Positions 51,973-61,515 of a stretch of 64,000 nt of DNA are shown piece by piece (the first letter of the stretch is position 1; each line of letters begins with the position of its first letter). The stretch comes from Candidatus Bathyarchaeia archaeon (GTDB lineage: Archaea > Thermoproteota > Bathyarchaeia > 40CM-2-53-6): contig JBEKSC010000008.1 in assembly GCA_049517415.1 (NCBI GenBank), forward strand, positions 22,664 through 86,663. The letters are read 5' to 3'. Below the pieces are notes generated by a model. It searched no databases, was not told where the DNA came from, and was given only the letters and a program-made list of their open reading frames with translations. The position numbers were made by a program, and so were the translations under genes.

Positions 51973-52743
51973 TTGTTACCGATTAGCGAAGTTGGCACGA
52001 AGCTGCGTCTGGCCGGTAGGTTGAAAAGCCGACCGCTTTGCGTTTACGGCTCGAAAATAATCCCCGAAGAGACAGTGCCATCGACCTCCATAAGTTCGTG
52101 TGTAGCGAAGGCAATCATGACAGTGGCCTTTCGTGACAAAACCCCTCCAATCTACGTCGCCGCAGAAATGCCGGAGGCATGCTGTCCAGGAGGCCTCGCG
52201 CATTTCGGGTTTATCAAGTTCAACCCAGGGATCAAGTACTTCGTGTCGACCGGTTCCAAGAATTTCCGTAACGGTGAAGCTGAGTTTCTCAGGGCTAGCC
52301 CCGAGCTGGTTGACGAGAACCATAAGCTGATGGGCAAGATCACGCCTCTCAGCAGGTTCATAATCATTCGGCCTTGCGCCGACTTGACTAGCGAAGACCC
52401 TGGTGTTAGATCGATCTTGTGCTTCGGGAGCGCGGAGCAGATAAGAAATATGGTCGCCCTGGTGCATTTCAGTGCTCGAGATCCATTTCGTGAGGTTCTT
52501 GTTCCTCAAGGCGCAGCTTGTGCATCATTTGTGAGCTATGCTGCGGGTATGGTTGAGAAAGCCCCAGTCGACACCGTCTTCGTTGGTCCATGCGACCCTA
52601 CGGGAAACACATGGTTTCCTCAGGACCATCTTTCGTTGGCCATGCCGACCAAGATGGCGAGGCGCATGGCCGATGACCTAGAGGACTCGTTTGTAACCAA
52701 AAGGCCGACTGTAGCGTACCCTGAGCAGAGATTAGAAGTTTAA
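51973..52743 (+). CDS. DUF169-family protein
   Basis: CCPGG..HFGF, ..EQI....L, AC and G..DP motifs. Confidence 0.65.
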   Translation: MLPISEVGTKLRLAGRLKSRPLCVYGSKIIPEETVPSTSISSCVAKAIMTVAFRDKTPPIYVAAEMPEACCPGGLAHFGFIKFNPGIKYFVSTGSKNFRNGEAEFLRASPELVDENHKLMGKITPLSRFIIIRPCADLTSEDPGVRSILCFGSAEQIRNMVALVHFSARDPFREVLVPQGAACASFVSYAAGMVEKAPVDTVFVGPCDPTGNTWFPQDHLSLAMPTKMARRMADDLEDSFVTKRPTVAYPEQRLEV

Positions 52744-53019
52744 TCCTGAGAGCTGAAAGCCCCCCTGCAGAACAAATATCCGCTCAATGGAGTAAGTCCG
52801 GGCGCGCTCACACGGGCGGATCCTTGCCGTTCATCACCGGAAATTTCCGCTTACGGCCTTCTATACGACCAGGACGTCGTTGAGTCGAAGGACAATTATC
52901 TACCGATATTAGTGCGCTGACATAATACGGATAAGTTCTGAGGGGCGGAACGCCAGCTAGGAACTGAGTGCTGGACTGGTGTTCATGAAAAGTGAAATGA
53001 ACAGTCAATTATTTTCCAC

Positions 53020-53433
53020 CTAAAATCCAAGGAAAGAGTCAACTGAGATTACACCTGCTCCCAGTACTATTAGAACAATGGCGAGCATGAGATACGTTAT
53101 GTCAATCTCATACGAATTTTGACCCATGTAGGGCGCTTTCATCTTAGTTTTCTTCAGGAGTATAGCGCCGATCATTTCGAGTGCGATGAAAAACCCAACA
53201 ATTGGCACAATGAATCCAATGATCAAAGATAATCCACCAAAGAACTCCAGAATTATTGCTAGATAAGTTGCGGCCGCTGGAACTCCTAGGCTCTTAGTCC
53301 ACTGAAGCGTCTGTTGCCTACCCTTGCCGAGCTTCGGATAACCGTGAGCAGCAAAGTTAACTCCAACCCAGACTCGCAAAAACAATGCAAGGAAACCAGT
53401 ATAGGGCAGAAGTATCTGAAAGATGCCAGTCAT
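53020..53433 (-). CDS. DoxX-family membrane protein
   Basis: LRV..G..F..HG..K, EFFGG..LI.G, YE and GAG..SVD motifs. Confidence 0.88.
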   Translation of the reverse strand: MTGIFQILLPYTGFLALFLRVWVGVNFAAHGYPKLGKGRQQTLQWTKSLGVPAAATYLAIILEFFGGLSLIIGFIVPIVGFFIALEMIGAILLKKTKMKAPYMGQNSYEIDITYLMLAIVLIVLGAGVISVDSFLGF

Positions 53434-53971
53434 TATGAGAACACCCTAACTGAACGTCACCTATTCACTCCTAATATAGACTGAGTATTTGTGAACCGAG
53501 CCCACTGAATGAAAGGAAGATCAAATACACGTCAGCTAACAGCGCTTGAGCGCCACGCTCTTCTACGCCTCTCATGGCGCGCACGTGGCGTTGCTAGAAA
53601 CCGAAATATTCCTCTGGTATGAAGCTTGCATCCCAGTCAATGCATCTGTTAATCAGATCCATTGATAAGTAGCAATTTTCTTCCTGAACGAACCAGGCTT
53701 CGAATTCTCTACGAAACCGGTCTGTGGGAATTCTCCTCCGTTGCCAGAGCGACCACGCCGAACACACTCAATAGAGGTTGAGCATTTGCGGGGTGTAATC
53801 ACCCAAACATTACGTGAAATCACCCACCTTGACCTGTGCAATTCTATATCTTGTTACGGGTTTTCGGACATCGCCTCAAGGTGCAATGCACACGATGTTT
53901 GGTGTAATGCACCCTCCATGGGAGTCGGTTCAAGAGGTTTACAGTTTGTCTGTCGGACTAGGCTAACTCAT

Positions 53972-54559
53972 CTATGGTTTCATTGATTCGGTTCTAAGGG
54001 AGTTTATCTTCTCTATCCAAACGTCCCAGCGCGGCCTCGAGGTGAGAATCCCCTGACCTGAGGTTGACCATTTACCCTCCTTCAAATTCCATTCATGTTC
54101 CCACGAGTCTCTGTTTCCATGATTTTCCAGGAACAGATTCAGTTTTTGGCCGGTTTGGTCTTGCGAGCGGACCTTCAGATACTTGTGCCCCCATGCTGAA
54201 TCAACTTCAAGCTCCAATATTGCATTTCCGCCATAGAACGGGATCTGTAGGCTACCCAGCCCAGTTAGTGCCGACTTGATACTCTCAAGTGTGTCGACTT
54301 TCGGTGAACCAAAGCTTAGAAAGCCTCCGCTTGGCAGAAAGATTAGTCTTCGACTCGTAAGAATGAGAGTACCGAAGGCCCTCTGGAAAGCCTTGGGTTT
54401 TTCGCACTCGCGATGCAGAATCACATTAGTAGCGTTCATCAATAACTGTTCAGGAACGGACTCTGTAGACCCGGATGAAGGAGCTACGGAGTTACCGCAA
54501 TTCGGACAGAACATTGCACCCTCAAGCACCTCTGCGCCACACTTTACGCAGAGGTTCAA
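53972..54559 (-). CDS. Zinc-ribbon protein with a PH/GRAM-like domain
   Basis: CVKCG...FCPNCG and GTLILTSRRLIF. Start probably the TTG at 54559; the ORF is open to 54640. Confidence 0.7.
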   Translation of the reverse strand: MNLCVKCGAEVLEGAMFCPNCGNSVAPSSGSTESVPEQLLMNATNVILHRECEKPKAFQRAFGTLILTSRRLIFLPSGGFLSFGSPKVDTLESIKSALTGLGSLQIPFYGGNAILELEVDSAWGHKYLKVRSQDQTGQKLNLFLENHGNRDSWEHEWNLKEGKWSTSGQGILTSRPRWDVWIEKINSLRTESMKP

Positions 54560-54820
54560 TTCACGCACACAAATGATTTTAGTGATGGGGTTCGAAATAA
54601 GAGTGGTTCCGTCGTCGGGCCTAGTGGTCCGCGCGTGCACATATCAATCCTGGAGTTCGCCCGCCATCTTACCTCTTTCTCATCAGGTCACGAAAAGAAG
54701 ACCGATCAAACGATGTCAACATGATGGAAACGCGGTAAGTCTGAGCATTCATTATACGTACTTACAGTACGTATTTTCTGCAAGCTTCGCAAGCGTTAAT
54801 ACTTTGAACGCGAATGAATT

Positions 54821-56446
54821 TTGTCGCTTACAGGTTGTTACGAATTGTCGATTTCTAGAGTCTCTGCGTGTTTTATGGCGTTCCTAATGTTGACTTCAGT
54901 TATTGTCGGTCTGGCTGTTGTTCCAAATGTCCAGGCGCAGTCGGGCATCACGAGCATTCTTAATCTCCAATATCCTTCGCAAGTTACACTGCAGGGCGGA
55001 ACGGCTCAAGCCACGGTGACATTTGCACTGTACTACAGTAACTATTACAATCTCATAGGGGGGTATCTTGTCTTCGGCATTTGGGGTGCACACAGTTCAA
55101 CGGATATTCCAGGTTCAGCAACGGCAACGCCCGACCCATGCCAGCCAGCAGCAAACAATGCGGGTTACGCAATCTGCGAAGTTGTTCCTAGTGCATATGC
55201 CGGGACAGAATCGGCTTCATTTACTCTCACTTTCAACTCGGCTCAACAGTACGATCTTCAAGTCTCCGCTGGCGTGCTTGATGAGTATGGTAATGTAGTC
55301 CAGGGATCCACTAGCTATCAGGATTTCACAATTTCTGTCACCGGTCAAGTGTCGACGACAACCATGAGCAACCTCGTACTTCCTTCGCGTGCTTTACTAA
55401 AGAACGGAGTGGCTCAAGCAACAGTCAGCTTTACGGATGAGTATGCCAATATTCCCTCCGGCGACGTCCTAGCCGCCGGAGTCGCCGATGTAAACACCAA
55501 AGGCGCTGCCACGGGATCTGCGAGCTCGACGCCCGACCCATGCGCGTCGCTGGCCGGAACAGCATATGCTAACGATGCAGTGTGCATTATGACTCCGGCT
55601 TTGAGCTCTGGAACAGAATCTGTTTCATTCACCCTCACATTCAACTCGATCCAACAGTACAATCTCGAGGTTGTCACTAGTGTCGAGGACCAGTCTCACA
55701 ACGTGATTAGTGGATCCACAAGTAAATCGCCTTTCACGGTCTCCGTCACAGACAAAGCGCAGTTGACCCTCACTCTGCCTAACTCTGTAACGGCGGCAGT
55801 TGACGGAGCCAATCAGACGGCTGGCAATGTCGCTATGTCGCTCCTGCCGGGCCAGCACACGATCTCGGTTCCTGAAACAGTTCCACTCACGAGCGGCTCG
55901 CAATTGAGGTTTGATCACTGGTCTGACGGCTCGACAACGACAAGTCGAACAGACGACCTCGAGAACGACACAACCCTTGCAGCGACATATGTGACTCAGT
56001 ATAGTCTGAGTTTGACGGATCCGTCGGCGAGCGGAGCGGGATGGTACGACAAGGGAGCTACGGCTCAATTCTCAGCTCCGCCGTCTGAGCCTGCTCCAGG
56101 AATTTTGGGGATGCTCGGAGCAACTTCGACCTTCCAAGGATGGTACGAGAACGGGGCCTCGATCACTTATAGCAGCAGCGGCTCCATAACAATGAATGCT
56201 CCGCACACGCTAACCCCGCAGAGAACAGAAAACGACACGATGGCCATGATAATCATAGTAATCATCGTGGTTGCGGTGGCAGCGATTTGCTTTGCTGTAC
56301 TCCGCAGAAAGAGAACGGCTGGCCGACCGAAATCAACAGTTTCACCGGCCCCCAAAGCGAAGAAGAAGGGGCAGTTCTGCCAGAACTGCGGCGCCCAACT
56401 ATCGCCCGACAGCGAATTTTGCGGGGAGTGCGGTGCCCGGAATTGA
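54821..56446 (+). CDS. Single-pass surface protein with a duplicated ectodomain and a cytoplasmic zinc ribbon
   Basis: Signal peptide; two GSA..TPDPC...C...GTES.SFTLTFNS.QQY units; TM helix; FCQNCG...FCGECG. Start position uncertain. Confidence 0.8.
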   Translation: MSLTGCYELSISRVSACFMAFLMLTSVIVGLAVVPNVQAQSGITSILNLQYPSQVTLQGGTAQATVTFALYYSNYYNLIGGYLVFGIWGAHSSTDIPGSATATPDPCQPAANNAGYAICEVVPSAYAGTESASFTLTFNSAQQYDLQVSAGVLDEYGNVVQGSTSYQDFTISVTGQVSTTTMSNLVLPSRALLKNGVAQATVSFTDEYANIPSGDVLAAGVADVNTKGAATGSASSTPDPCASLAGTAYANDAVCIMTPALSSGTESVSFTLTFNSIQQYNLEVVTSVEDQSHNVISGSTSKSPFTVSVTDKAQLTLTLPNSVTAAVDGANQTAGNVAMSLLPGQHTISVPETVPLTSGSQLRFDHWSDGSTTTSRTDDLENDTTLAATYVTQYSLSLTDPSASGAGWYDKGATAQFSAPPSEPAPGILGMLGATSTFQGWYENGASITYSSSGSITMNAPHTLTPQRTENDTMAMIIIVIIVVAVAAICFAVLRRKRTAGRPKSTVSPAPKAKKKGQFCQNCGAQLSPDSEFCGECGARN

Positions 56447-56610
56447 TGCTCGGATTGTCAGCTTTTAGATCTTCCGCGTATCTAGTAATGGCCATAATGC
56501 TGACTTCAGCGATTGCTCCGTCTCGGTTGCAGCCCAGACCGAGCCGTTGGTAGGGTCTCTCTTGCTATGCTTGCTACGTCGCAGACGCAAGTAAAACTTG
56601 CGAGGGGAAT

Positions 56611-58365
56611 GTGACGAATCGAATGCGCGTTTTCTTAACCGCGTTTTCCTGTCTTGTCATGTTCACGCTGGTCGCTTCTCCGGCTGGTGCCGTATCGCCT
56701 TTGACTCCTGACGTCTTTCGTTCCGCATACAACGTCAACCCATTGATACAATCCGGATACACTGGGAAGGGGGTGACTGTGGCGATCATTGGCCAATCGG
56801 TCCTGAGCACATTCGACTCGGACGTGAAAGAATTCAGCACTAAGTATGGCTTGTCCGCGCCTATCATGTCAGTCGTGCAACCGTTCGGTGCGACCGCACC
56901 GAACAATTCAGATACAGAGGAAATTACTGCAGATACTGAGTTTGTTCACGCGATGGCCCCCGACGCGAAGCTCCTGATCGTGCTGGTCGAAAATCATACA
57001 ACGCTCGACGGGTTCTCGTACGTCATAGACCACAACGCAGCTGATATAGCAACGATGAGCTTTGACGCGTGGTACTATGACAATGGAAACGGTAAGGCTA
57101 GAGAAAAGGTTCAATCCTACAATGAGGAATATGCCAAGTCGGTTGGCGAGAAGATCACGCTCATCTCCGGATCTGGTGACTTCGGATCTAACAATACTGT
57201 CCCTTGGCCTTCGCCTTGGAAAGGTGACTTCTGGGCCAATCATCTACCTAACGTGTATATGATTCCTCAGTATAGTCCATACGTCACGATCGTCGGAGGC
57301 ACGGCACTATTGCAGCTGTCCGGCGGCACGTACTCGGAAACCGGATGGAACCAAAGCGGCGGAGGACCAAGCAACCTTTTCCCCGAACCCAGCTGGCAGG
57401 TCGGAAACGGCGTTCCTCAAGATCACCGCCGCAACATTCCCGACATCGCATTGGACGCGTCATGTGACACACCATACTCGTTCGCTTATCTCGGCGGAAC
57501 CTGGTTCTGTGGAACCAGCGCAGCCGCACCAACGTTCGCCGGCATCATGGCGGATATCGTGCAGGCTGCCGGAGGAAGGCTCGGTTTCATCAACCCGACA
57601 TTATACGAACTAGCCGCCACCGATCCAACGGTATTCCATGATGTTACCTCAGGCTGCAGCTTAGTGAAGACCGGCGGAACAACTCAGACAGGGTACTGCG
57701 CAGGAAAAGGGTGGGATGCTGTAACTGGTTGGGGAAGCATTGATGCAACTAAACTTGCCAAGCACTTGGCGCCCAACGCCAAAATAGTTACTGAATATCC
57801 GACTGGAACTACCACTCAAACTGTTCCAATACCACTTACGACTGCGGCCGCATCAACATCAACGACCATATTGGGTCTTTCAGTAATCGCATTACCTTTT
57901 ATCGTGATTATTGGATTAATCGTCTTTGTCGTTCGACGCGGGAAAGGTAAAAGGACCCCCGTCACTCCGGCCGAAGTGCCGCCCTCAACCATTACAGAAT
58001 CTCCTCCGGGGGGGTTATGCATGGCGTGCGGCGCCGAACTCAAGCCTGGCAAGCGATTCTGCGAAAAGTGCGGTACACCGGTCTCTCCACAAACTCAAAC
58101 GGAACGTTTTGCTAGTGGCGGGTTCTGCGCGAAGTGTGGAGTCCAGCTGAAGCTCGGCAAGCGCTTCTGCGAAAAGTGCGGAGCACCCGTTCCCACAGCT
58201 CAACCAACTGCACCTCTCCGCAAGAAGAAGACCGTGGCCTCAGCACAACGGGCAGACTCGCTGCCGCGTCTGACAGTGAAAGCTGCCGAGTTCTGCGGGA
58301 ACTGCGGAGCCCAGCTGGCGCCCAACGACGATTTCTGCACCAAGTGCGGCGCCCGGAAGTCGTGA
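56611..58365 (+). CDS. S53 (sedolisin) peptidase with TM anchor and three cytoplasmic double zinc ribbons
   Basis: EITAD (Glu/Asp), SGD.G, GTSAAAP and GWD.VTGWGS motifs; TM helix; three CxxCG..FCxxCG units. Confidence 0.88.
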   Translation: MTNRMRVFLTAFSCLVMFTLVASPAGAVSPLTPDVFRSAYNVNPLIQSGYTGKGVTVAIIGQSVLSTFDSDVKEFSTKYGLSAPIMSVVQPFGATAPNNSDTEEITADTEFVHAMAPDAKLLIVLVENHTTLDGFSYVIDHNAADIATMSFDAWYYDNGNGKAREKVQSYNEEYAKSVGEKITLISGSGDFGSNNTVPWPSPWKGDFWANHLPNVYMIPQYSPYVTIVGGTALLQLSGGTYSETGWNQSGGGPSNLFPEPSWQVGNGVPQDHRRNIPDIALDASCDTPYSFAYLGGTWFCGTSAAAPTFAGIMADIVQAAGGRLGFINPTLYELAATDPTVFHDVTSGCSLVKTGGTTQTGYCAGKGWDAVTGWGSIDATKLAKHLAPNAKIVTEYPTGTTTQTVPIPLTTAAASTSTTILGLSVIALPFIVIIGLIVFVVRRGKGKRTPVTPAEVPPSTITESPPGGLCMACGAELKPGKRFCEKCGTPVSPQTQTERFASGGFCAKCGVQLKLGKRFCEKCGAPVPTAQPTAPLRKKKTVASAQRADSLPRLTVKAAEFCGNCGAQLAPNDDFCTKCGARKS

Positions 58366-58369
58366 TGCA

Positions 58370-59335
58370 ATGATGGATCCGAATGCGAGTTTTGATGCCG
58401 AACCTTCGAGTCGATTCTGCGGGAAATGTGGAACTCAGATCAAGCCCGGCAATAACTTCTGCGAAAAGTGCGGAGCACCTGCCCCGGCCGAAGCACCGCC
58501 CTTACCTCCTACGAGACCTCAACCTCCTCCGGCTGAGTTCTGCGTGAAGTGCGGAGTTCAGCTCAAGCCTGGCGATCGCTTCTGCGGAAAGTGTGGGGCA
58601 CCCGTCCCTCCCACTCGGACCACGGCTCAGCCAGTTGCACTTACGTGTTCCAACTGCGGCAGCCTCGTACCCGCCGGAAAGAGGTTCTGCACCAGCTGCG
58701 GCAAGAAATTGGACACCGACGAAACACCTCCGCCAGGAAATTCGGAGTTTAGTTCAGCTTTCACTGCCAAAATACCTGTACCTGTAGGTGCCGGGGTTGG
58801 TTCAGTTTTTTCTGGTAGGGAGTACATAATTGAACAGAAGCTTGTGGCACTGCGAGATACGTTCGGCGTCAAGGATAGGGACGGTAACCCTCTCGCTTAC
58901 GTGAAAAAGAAAATTGTGAGCTGGGGACCACAATTCTACTTTGAAACACCGGACGGCGGTAGGTTAGGTGAGATGCGAGGAAAGGTGCTCACTGTACGGC
59001 CGACGTTTGAAATTTACGACGCCCAAAGCCTCGTCGCCGTTGTGAAAAAGAAAGTTCTCAAACTGTTAGGCTCAGAGTGGTGGCTTGAAGATGGATCGGG
59101 GGCGGAGGTTGCGCGAATCAAGGGGAACATAAGTGAACATAATTTCTCAATTCAATCCCCCTCTGGAACAGAAATCGCCCAAATCAACAAGAAGTGGGTC
59201 AGCGTTCGGGATTCATACGGCATCGAAATTCTAAGCGAAGAACTCACGCCGTACGTCATCATAGCTTACGCTATTGCGATGGACCACGCCGAATTCAAAG
59301 CCGGGAAAGGTTTGAAGATCGGGCCCCGGTTTTGA
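58370..59335 (+). CDS. Triple double-zinc-ribbon plus LURP-one/scramblase-like domain protein
   Basis: Three CxxCG..FCxxCG units; I.QK...LRDTF.V.D..G..L..V and KKW.S.RDSY.IEI motifs. Confidence 0.8.
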   Translation: MMDPNASFDAEPSSRFCGKCGTQIKPGNNFCEKCGAPAPAEAPPLPPTRPQPPPAEFCVKCGVQLKPGDRFCGKCGAPVPPTRTTAQPVALTCSNCGSLVPAGKRFCTSCGKKLDTDETPPPGNSEFSSAFTAKIPVPVGAGVGSVFSGREYIIEQKLVALRDTFGVKDRDGNPLAYVKKKIVSWGPQFYFETPDGGRLGEMRGKVLTVRPTFEIYDAQSLVAVVKKKVLKLLGSEWWLEDGSGAEVARIKGNISEHNFSIQSPSGTEIAQINKKWVSVRDSYGIEILSEELTPYVIIAYAIAMDHAEFKAGKGLKIGPRF

Positions 59336-59336
59336 G

Positions 59337-59816
59337 GTGTGTGAACTTAGGTCGGGTTGGATTGTGTTGAAGGTAGAATACAAGGGTCTAGGGATCAGGT
59401 TCGCAGCGCAGGTCATCGATGGAATCGTATTGGGCGGATTGTTCATGCTTGCGAACCTTGTGATGTCATGGACGTTATGGTGTTGGGGATGTGTTTGGGA
59501 ATGGATGAATCCGTTCGATGAATTACCCTACTTGGTAATAGTCTTCGCCTTGCTTCAACTCGTTTACTTCACGGTTCTGGAAGGAGCCACAGGAACGACT
59601 ATTGGAAAAAGAGCCTTCAAAATCAAAGTGGTAAGGGAAAATGGACAGCCATGCGGGATGCGCTCGTCGCTGGTAAGGAATATTCTGCGTTTTGTGGACG
59701 CAATACCACACCTCTTACCATACATGTCAGCGGGTTTTTGGTTTGTACGCGGGTCGCCCAAAAAGCAGAGACTAGGAGACAGATTCGCGCATACGGTCGT
59801 AGTGGCGTCTGCATAG
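59337..59816 (+). CDS. RDD-family membrane protein
   Basis: RF.A..ID, YF..LEG..G.TIGK....IKVV, RN.LR..D and QRLGD..A.T.VV motifs. Confidence 0.88.
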   Translation: MCELRSGWIVLKVEYKGLGIRFAAQVIDGIVLGGLFMLANLVMSWTLWCWGCVWEWMNPFDELPYLVIVFALLQLVYFTVLEGATGTTIGKRAFKIKVVRENGQPCGMRSSLVRNILRFVDAIPHLLPYMSAGFWFVRGSPKKQRLGDRFAHTVVVASA

Positions 59817-60014
59817 CAGCCTCAAACCAGATCGACCTCAGGCACCGAGAAAATGTTCATCTAGCCTCATCTGCGAGTGAGAGGATCTCGCCGCACAGAA
59901 GGATGAGTTTGCTAGTTGTAGTATTCGCTACCGCCAACTGGGTCAACGCCTTAATGTAAGCTACTTTGAACAATACGCGATCTAGGGGGCGGTAGGAGAG
60001 CTAAGGTTTGGGTT

Positions 60015-60305
60015 CTATTCGGCGAGTCCGAACCTTTTCAGCACCACGAGGACTCTTTTGTACTGGGATAGAAATTCCCGACCTTTTGTGGTGCTCCTGA
60101 TGGCACTGCTATACGTGATCAGTCTCAGCCGAACCATTTGTCGCAAGTGGCCGCGCAGTCGGTCGGAGGGAAGGTTGGTCTCGTTCTGAACCCTTGTAAT
60201 CCTCACGAACCCTTTCTGTTCTTGACGGACGATTGAACGTAGAATGTCGTAGAAAATCATTTCCCGATTGCGCCCGCGTGGTTTCCCTGGTTCGTCCTGT
60301 GGCAA
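60015..60305 (-). CDS. Winged helix-turn-helix protein
   Basis: R.R..I.YDIL, IT.V....NL....L..HL and T.KG.EFL pattern. Confidence 0.8.
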   Translation of the reverse strand: MPQDEPGKPRGRNREMIFYDILRSIVRQEQKGFVRITRVQNETNLPSDRLRGHLRQMVRLRLITYSSAIRSTTKGREFLSQYKRVLVVLKRFGLAE

Positions 60306-60311
60306 ATGTGG

Positions 60312-60971
60312 TTAAGCCCTTCGAAATCCCGTAGCTAGAGCAGTCGCCAACATGGCAAGCCCCACGAGTCCCATTGCATGAGCTAGGGCGAATGACCAGA
60401 ATCCGCCGTCAAGTCCCCATAGCAGGAGGCTGTACTGGCTGCCAGCGAGAAGCACGAAACCCGCTAGCACCATGCCCCCTAATCCAACCCGCCTAGGTTT
60501 GAAGTCTTGGTACAAGCTAAAGATTATGTAAACCAGCAATACGAGGTCGGTGGTTCGAAATATCTCATAAACGCTCCGATAAGATGGAAGGAGAAAACGC
60601 GGTGGAACAACGATCAATATAATGGCCGCAACAGCAAGGATAACTAGCATGGAGAAAAGCCACGCGGACATGCGCCCAACCCTCCTCCGCAAACTCTTCT
60701 TCAGGAAGTATGTTCCAGCGATGAATGCAAACCCATACGTCACGATTGAGAGATGGAGCCAGCTGGCCAACTCCTCCAACCCAGGGTAAGCATATGACAA
60801 TCCGAATGCGATGAATCCAATCGCTAGGAGTGTAAACTCTATAGGAAAACCTAGTAAGTATTCTCTTCGAACCACCCGAACAAGTCTAAGCATCGAATAT
60901 ACGATAAATATGGACAACCCAGCCGCGACCACTTCACATATGAAGGGAACCGAAGGATCGAAACCCAGCAA
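60312..60971 (-). CDS. Seven-TM membrane protein (possible sensor domain)
   Basis: About seven hydrophobic helices; ends 6 bp upstream of the winged-helix gene on the same strand. Confidence 0.7.
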   Translation of the reverse strand: MLGFDPSVPFICEVVAAGLSIFIVYSMLRLVRVVRREYLLGFPIEFTLLAIGFIAFGLSYAYPGLEELASWLHLSIVTYGFAFIAGTYFLKKSLRRRVGRMSAWLFSMLVILAVAAIILIVVPPRFLLPSYRSVYEIFRTTDLVLLVYIIFSLYQDFKPRRVGLGGMVLAGFVLLAGSQYSLLLWGLDGGFWSFALAHAMGLVGLAMLATALATGFRRA

Positions 60972-61386
60972 ACATCAAGTCCCCCGAAAGATGCCTCATA
61001 ATCTTAAGCCGAAGTCATGATCTAAGGGTAGCCGGGTTGGTAACGAGTATCCACATGGCCTCCCCCCGCTTTCCTCGAAAAGCAACGCCATCCAACAATA
61101 ATCCGTGAGCATTTCGCAGTGGACGCATTTACTTTCTTTGTAACAACAATGCCTAATGTAATTACTAGCAGCGCGAACATGACAGGAGCGCTAAACATGC
61201 GTCGTTAGAAACACCCGACCCCCGATAGGGTATTCCGTGGCAGAGAGATATCTACACTAATCTTTCCACTAAACTACAGAAACAAAACGCGCACTCCAAA
61301 GATTTTCAACCTACTGCAACACAGAACAACGAATCCCAGTCCAACTGATACCAATCTGAAAAAAGTGTCCGCGAGCACGTTCCATT

Positions 61387-61465
61387 TGTGTTTGTGCGAC
61401 CAGCATACGCACCAAAAAAAGGGTGGTTCGAATCTGGTTGGCCGCACCAGTGGCATCACATACAA
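61387..61465 (+). repeat. Hairpin copy 4 plus tRNA 3'-end mimic plus right arm
   Basis: TGTGTTTGTGCGACCAGCATACGCACC; GGTTCGAATCTGGTTGGCCGCACCA (61425-61449, 25 nt); GTGGCATCACATACAA. Confidence 0.6.
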
Positions 61466-61515
61466 CATTGTTCCTCTAGCGCTAAGTACACATCAAGTTG
61501 GGAGAGACCACAGTA

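Noticed and set aside
54276..54887. 203-aa plus-strand ORF and other antisense ORFs in the track
   Set aside because: Shadows of well-supported genes on the opposite strand.
58015..58710. Repeated DNA (TTCTGCGAAAAGTGCGG and similar) as DGR template/variable repeats
   Set aside because: Explained by zinc-ribbon codons; no reverse transcriptase gene and no evident adenine-specific mismatch pattern.
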